From positions 1,350,001-1,382,000 of the forward strand of contig NC_000916.1 of the NCBI RefSeq assembly GCF_000008645.1: a DNA stretch of 32,000 nt, read 5' to 3'. Origin of the DNA: Methanothermobacter thermautotrophicus str. Delta H (GTDB lineage: Archaea > Methanobacteriota > Methanobacteria > Methanobacteriales > Methanothermobacteraceae). The notes below the pieces were generated by a model that saw nothing but the letters and a program-made list of their open reading frames with translations, made no database searches and was not told where the DNA came from. The position numbers and the translations under genes are program-made. Within the stretch, counting starts at the first letter, position 1, and each line of letters opens with the position of its first letter. Below, piece by piece: positions 27,265 to 32,000 of this stretch.

Positions 27265-29985
27265 ATGACCGCCATATATGAACTTGAAGTGGAGGAGGTC
27301 CTGCAGAGGCTTGAAACATCAGAATCAGGCCTTGACCCCCAGGAGGCGGAAAAACGCCTCAAGATCCACGGTCCAAACAAACTTGAGGAGGTCAAAAGGA
27401 GACCACTCATCCTGCTTTTTCTATCAAACCTCTACAACGTACTTGCACTGCTGCTCTGGATCGCAGCCATACTGTCCTTTATAACAGGCAATTACCAGCT
27501 TGCAGTCGCCATTGTAATGGTTATAATCATAAACGCACTCTTCAGTTTCTGGCAGGAATATGAGGCTGAAAAGGCAGCCGAGGCCCTTAAAAACATTCTG
27601 CCTGTGATGGTTAAGGTCATAAGGGCCTCAAAGGAGGTTCTGATACCCGCGGCTGATGTCGTGCACGGGGACATCATAATCCTTGAGGAGGGGGACACCG
27701 TCCCGGCCGACGCAAGGATCCTTGAATCACACAACCTGAGGGTGGATGCATCAGCACTGACAGGAGAATCAAAACCTGTGAGAAAGGTATCACACCCGGT
27801 CAGGGAGGCTGATAACTACATAGACACAGAGAACATTCTGTTTGCAGGCACCCAGGTGACTTCAGGTACAGGAAGGGCCGCTGTGTTTGCAACCGGCAGG
27901 GACACCGAGTTCAGCAGGATAGCGACACTCACACAGGAGGTGCGTGAGGAGCCCAGCCCCCTCCAGCGACAGATATCCCTGGCCGCAAGGATCATAGGGG
28001 CCCTGGCGGTCGCCATGGGGGTCATCCTCTTCCTGGTGAACCTTTACATAGTCAGACTCCCCCTTGAAACGGCATTCATATTCGCAATTGGTTTGATGGT
28101 TGCAAACGTCCCGGAGGGCCTTCTTCCGAGCGTCACACTCTCACTTGCGGCATCCGCAAGGAAGATGGCCCGGGAAAACGCCCTTGTGAAGAGACTTTCC
28201 AGTGTGGAGACACTGGGATCAACGACAATCATATGCACAGATAAGACAGGGACCCTCACAAGGGGTGAGATGACGGTCAGGAAAATATGGATCCCCCATA
28301 AGGTCATCGAGGTCACAGGGTCAGGTTACAGACCAGAAGGTCAGTTCCTCTTCAGGGGTGAACCAGTGAGCCACAGGGACATGGCCGAGCTGAAGCTGCT
28401 CATGAGGGCAGCCACCTTCTGCAACGATTCGGCCCTCATACATGAGGAAGGTGAATGGAGTGTGCTGGGTGATTCAACCGAGGGCGCCCTCCTTGTTGCA
28501 GCCGAGAAGCTGGGCTTTGATGCTGAGGCAGAACTCAAAGCGATGCCAAGGATAACAGAGCTCCCCTTTGACTCCAGGCGGAAATCAATGACCTCAATCC
28601 ATGAGAAATCAGGGAAGAGGGTGGCCTACGTCAAGGGAGCGCCAAAGAAGATAATAGGATTATCGGAACGCATTTCTGTGGATGGGAGGGTCAGAGCCCT
28701 CCATGCAGATGAGAAGGAAAGGATAATAGGCATACATGATGAAATGGCCTCGAAGGGTCTCCGTGTACTTGCCTTCGCATACCGGGAACTCCCCGAGGAC
28801 CTTGAAGTCAGGGACCCCGGTGAGGTTGAGAGGGACCTTGTACTGGTGGGCATGGCAGCCATGCATGATCCACCAAGGGAGGGGGTTAAGGAGGCTGTGG
28901 AGCACTGCAAGACTGCAGGTATAAGGATCATAATGATAACAGGTGACTATGGTCTCACAGCAGAGGCCATAGCCAGGGAGATCGGGATAGTGGAGGGTGA
29001 GTGCAGAATAATCAAGGGAAAGGAGCTGGATAAGCTCAAAGACACCGAACTCAGGGGTATACTGGCCAGGGAGAGGAACCTTATATTCGCAAGGGCGGTC
29101 CCTGAACATAAGATGAGGATAGCATCTGTCCTGGAGGACTCAGATGAGATCGTTGCCATGACAGGGGACGGTGTTAACGATGCACCCGCCCTCAGGAAGG
29201 CAGATATAGGTGTTGCCATGGGGAGCGGCACCGATGTTGCAAAGGAGGCAGCAGACATAGTCCTTGCAGATGACAACTTTGCAAGTATCGTGACCGCGGT
29301 CAGGGAGGGCCGTACGGTCTATGAGAATATAAGGAAGTTCATAACCTACATATTTTCTCATGAGACAGCTGAGATAGTCCCATTTATCATGATGGTTCTC
29401 TTCAGCATACCCCTCCCAATAACCATAATGCAGATACTCGCAATAGACCTTGGAACAGACACCCTCCCGGCCCTGGCCCTTGGAAGATCCCTGCCGGAGT
29501 CTGATGTGATGAAACTGCCACCAAGGGCCCCCTCAGAGAGGCTCCTTAACAGGGAGGTCATCCTGAGGGGTTACCTGTTCACAGGGACAATTGAGGCAGC
29601 CCTCATCATGGCAGCATACTTCCTGGTTCTCTATTCAGGGGGATGGCTTCCAGGACAGGAACTTTCAGCCAGCGATCCCCTCTACATGAGGGCCACCACG
29701 GTGGTCTTTGCAGGTATAGTCATGGCACAGCTGGGCAATCTTCTCTCCTCACAGACCCTCCGTTCATCAGCACTTGAGGCGGGCCTCCTGAGGAACAGGT
29801 GGATACTGGCAGGTATGGTCTTTGCAATCTCGGTGATGCTCCTTGTTATCTATCTGCCACCACTGCAGCCCATCTTCGGCACAGCCCCACCCGGAATCCT
29901 GGAGTGGTTCATCCTGATACTCTTCACACCCATCGTCTTTCTGACAGATGAGATGAGGAAGTTCATACAGAGGAGGCTGGCCTGA
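27265..29985 (+). CDS. P2-type cation-transporting ATPase with Na,K/H,K-ATPase-like (P2C) transmembrane ion-site motifs
   Basis: DKTGTLT phosphorylation site, [11 protein letters not shown] and TGES motifs, and an N-terminal Cation_ATPase_N-like region. M4 reads VANVPEGLL and M6 reads [17 protein letters not shown]. ATG 27265 follows TGTGGTG; the track start is GTG 27253. Confidence 0.9.
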   Translation: [906 protein letters not shown]

Positions 29986-29990
29986 ACATC

Positions 29991-30022
29991 ATGGATTGTC
30001 AGGGATACTAATTTATAGGGCC
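29991..30022 (+). promoter_or_regulatory. promoter-like direct repeat, copy A
   Basis: ATGGATTGTCAGGGATACTAATTTATAGGGCC. Its TATA-like core (30008-30016) is centred ~27 nt upstream of ATG 30040, which is leaderless geometry. The sequence recurs at 30721-30757. Confidence 0.55.
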
Positions 30023-30039
30023 AGGAGTATGTAAGGGAC

Positions 30040-30297
30040 ATGATGAGGAGAATAAAAAAAGAAAAGAGGAGGTCAGCGGAGGAGGAGTGGATCATCCTCA
30101 AAAGGCAAATCTACAGGTTAAGTGTGGAGGCGGGTTGGCCCCTGGAGTACATCCTAGAGATGCCATACTCCTCCTTCACGGAGTGCCTGCTATCATTCCA
30201 GGACCCGCCCAGGCAGGGGCCAGCAGTGAGGGATGTTGAAGCGGAACTGGATAGACTAAAAGAACTCAACTACAAGAGTATGCGATCGAGGATATAG
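30040..30297 (+). CDS. hypothetical 85-aa soluble protein with basic N-terminus
   Basis: ORF MMRRIKKEKRRSAEEEWIILKRQ... with no TM segment and no recognised family. Supported mainly by the TATA spacing. Its 3' end overlaps the convergent gene by 28 nt. Confidence 0.45.
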   Translation: MMRRIKKEKRRSAEEEWIILKRQIYRLSVEAGWPLEYILEMPYSSFTECLLSFQDPPRQGPAVRDVEAELDRLKELNYKSMRSRI

Positions 30298-30671
30298 AGG
30301 ACCATGAAGAAGGGGAGAGTCATGGTAGATGGTACATGCCATAAAAGACTTGATAGGATTAAGATGAGCGCTGTGCCTAGAGAGAAGATCCATGCGATGA
30401 CTGCAATGACCTTGGTCATGAATGGGGCATCATCGAAGGATGTGTCCTTCCCATTGAACCATAGTATCACCGCTAAAGCAATGCCACCCAATGTGAGTTC
30501 TGAGAATCCTATGAAGCCGTAGGGGATAGAGAACACTCCCACCCCTAGAGCTGTTCTCCTCAAGAATGTTTCCCTTTTGAGTTTTCCGCCGCATTCGCAG
30601 ATGTAATCATCAGGGTCCTCCCCATCATTTAGGGTGTAGGTTTCCCCACATTCCTCACATTTCACCTTCAT
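30270..30671 (-). CDS. hypothetical zinc-ribbon membrane protein (133 aa)
   Basis: The N-terminus CEEC-x16-CEC fits a Zn-ribbon. Three to four hydrophobic helices follow (GVGVFSIPYGFIGF, LGGIALAVILWF, VIAVIAWIFSLGTALILILSSLLW, LPFFMVLYIL). Confidence 0.6.
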   Translation of the reverse strand: MKVKCEECGETYTLNDGEDPDDYICECGGKLKRETFLRRTALGVGVFSIPYGFIGFSELTLGGIALAVILWFNGKDTSFDDAPFMTKVIAVIAWIFSLGTALILILSSLLWHVPSTMTLPFFMVLYILDRILL

Positions 30672-30720
30672 AGTAGAATATTATGTCTGAAGTATTATGT
30701 AATCCTTACGGGGGAGTTGT

Positions 30721-30757
30721 ATGGTTGATCATACAGGGATACTAATTTATTAGGGCC
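30721..30757 (+). promoter_or_regulatory. promoter-like direct repeat, copy B
   Basis: ATGGTTGATCATACAGGGATACTAATTTATTAGGGCC. It shares CAGGGATACTAATTTAT plus AGGGCC with copy A. It lies ~50 nt upstream of ATG 30799, whose SD GGAGGTG is at 30787-30793. Confidence 0.55.
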
Positions 30758-30798
30758 CGGACTGAACTATGATTAATTAAAGAAATGGAGGTGCTGGT

Positions 30799-31074
30799 AT
30801 GAGATGGTTAGCTCTTCTCATGCTCATGATATTTGTGGCGGGTTCATCGATAGGGACCTGCATGGCCCACTCAGGGGATACCCTGAAACCAGCCATGAAG
30901 GGTAAGGCTGGTGGCGGGTTTAAGAGTTCATCAGGAAAACATATTGACCTCGACGACGATGATGATTCTGGTGGCGCTGATGATTCTGCAGGTGGGGACT
31001 GGCTATGGCTTCTTGTCCTTATCATTCTAATTGTTGTGATAGCTGTGCTGATTCTCATCTATCTGAGGCGATGA
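30799..31074 (+). CDS. small (91 aa) bitopic membrane protein with signal-peptide-like N-terminus, poly-Asp/Gly ectodomain and C-terminal TM helix
   Basis: MRWLALLMLMIFVAGSSIGTCMA | HSGDTLKPAMKGKAGGGFKSSSGKHIDLDDDDDSGGADDSAGGD | WLWLLVLIILIVVIAVLILIYLRR. Strong SD with 5-nt spacing. It lies 102 nt upstream of mthK on the same strand. Confidence 0.6.
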   Translation: MRWLALLMLMIFVAGSSIGTCMAHSGDTLKPAMKGKAGGGFKSSSGKHIDLDDDDDSGGADDSAGGDWLWLLVLIILIVVIAVLILIYLRR

Positions 31075-31176
31075 TAGACGAATGGCTGGCCGCGCCTTCG
31101 CTGTTTACAGACAGTAACTGGATGCTGATGGGTGGTGGAAACTTTGCCAGTGATTGATGAGTCCTGAGGGGATAGG

Positions 31177-32000
31177 ATGGTCCTTGTAATTGAGATCATA
31201 AGAAAGCATCTCCCAAGGGTCTTAAAGGTCCCGGCCACGCGCATACTCCTCCTTGTTCTTGCTGTGATCATCTACGGCACAGCAGGGTTCCATTTCATAG
31301 AGGGGGAGTCATGGACGGTTTCCCTCTACTGGACCTTTGTAACAATAGCAACTGTTGGTTACGGTGACTACAGTCCCTCAACGCCACTTGGAATGTACTT
31401 CACGGTAACCCTTATCGTACTTGGCATAGGGACCTTCGCGGTTGCAGTTGAAAGACTTTTAGAGTTCCTCATAAACAGGGAGCAGATGAAATTAATGGGG
31501 CTGATAGATGTGGCTAAATCAAGGCACGTGGTTATATGTGGCTGGAGTGAGAGTACCCTGGAGTGCCTCAGGGAACTCCGGGGGAGTGAGGTGTTTGTGC
31601 TTGCAGAGGATGAGAACGTCAGGAAGAAGGTCCTGAGGAGTGGGGCCAACTTTGTCCATGGGGACCCCACCAGGGTCTCTGACCTTGAAAAGGCCAATGT
31701 CAGGGGCGCGAGGGCGGTTATAGTGGACCTTGAATCTGACTCAGAGACCATACACTGCATACTTGGCATAAGGAAGATAGATGAATCTGTGAGGATCATA
31801 GCCGAGGCTGAGAGATATGAGAACATTGAGCAGTTGAGGATGGCGGGTGCTGATCAGGTGATATCCCCCTTTGTCATATCAGGGAGGCTGATGTCCAGGA
31901 GCATCGATGACGGCTATGAGGCTATGTTCGTACAGGATGTGCTTGCAGAGGAATCCACAAGGAGGATGGTTGAAGTCCCAATCCCTGAAGGGAGCAAACT
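31177..32000 (+). CDS. mthK: calcium-gated potassium channel MthK (partial; C-terminus beyond window)
   Basis: Absent from the ORF track because there is no stop in the window. My translation reads [77 protein letters not shown]...[31 protein letters not shown]... The selectivity filter TVGYGD is at 31351-31368 and an RCK domain follows. It matches my memory of the published MthK sequence. Confidence 0.95.

Noticed and set aside
31368-31826. 152-aa ORF on the - strand
   Set aside because: It is antisense to mthK, whose + strand translation matches the known channel sequence. This is a shadow ORF.

Overview
Gene-dense archaeal chromosome segment with about 27 protein genes on both strands, short spacers, A/T-rich TATA-like boxes and GGAGGTGAT-type Shine-Dalgarno sites. 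Several products are recognisable from memory as Methanothermobacter thermautotrophicus-type proteins: the MthK Ca2+-gated K+ channel, SepRS, thiol:fumarate reductase TfrA, an Hmd paralogue and an archaeal Get3/ArsA. If my recollection of that genome is right, the gene order fits the MTH1494-MTH1520 region. Most content is housekeeping: gatA, ribB, ribK, sepS, tfrA, mtaD/dadD-like deaminase, hisG, leuS, cutA, nadE, cbiE, a YchF-like GTPase and a P-type ATPase. I found no rRNA, tRNA, CRISPR array, transposase or integrase. The regions most worth a second look are these. (1) A cation-handling locus at 27.1-32.0 kb holds a P-type pump with Na,K-ATPase-like (P2C) ion-site motifs, three tiny unannotated-type genes including a single-pass poly-Asp membrane protein, and mthK, with duplicated promoter-like repeats. 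(2) A 1408-aa secreted protein combines a beta-propeller, nine CARDB-like repeats and a strongly basic Tyr/Thr/Arg-rich C-terminal module with no membrane anchor. (3) A CobQ/CobB-like amidotransferase with inverted domain order sits directly behind gatA. (4) A HAD phosphatase gene is broken by a 1-nt frameshift yet translationally coupled to the deaminase gene. (5) A KaiC-like ATPase closes a sepS-ribK-ribB gene string. (6) Several structured or repeated intergenic elements occur. All functional calls rest on my reading of translated motifs, and no database search was possible.
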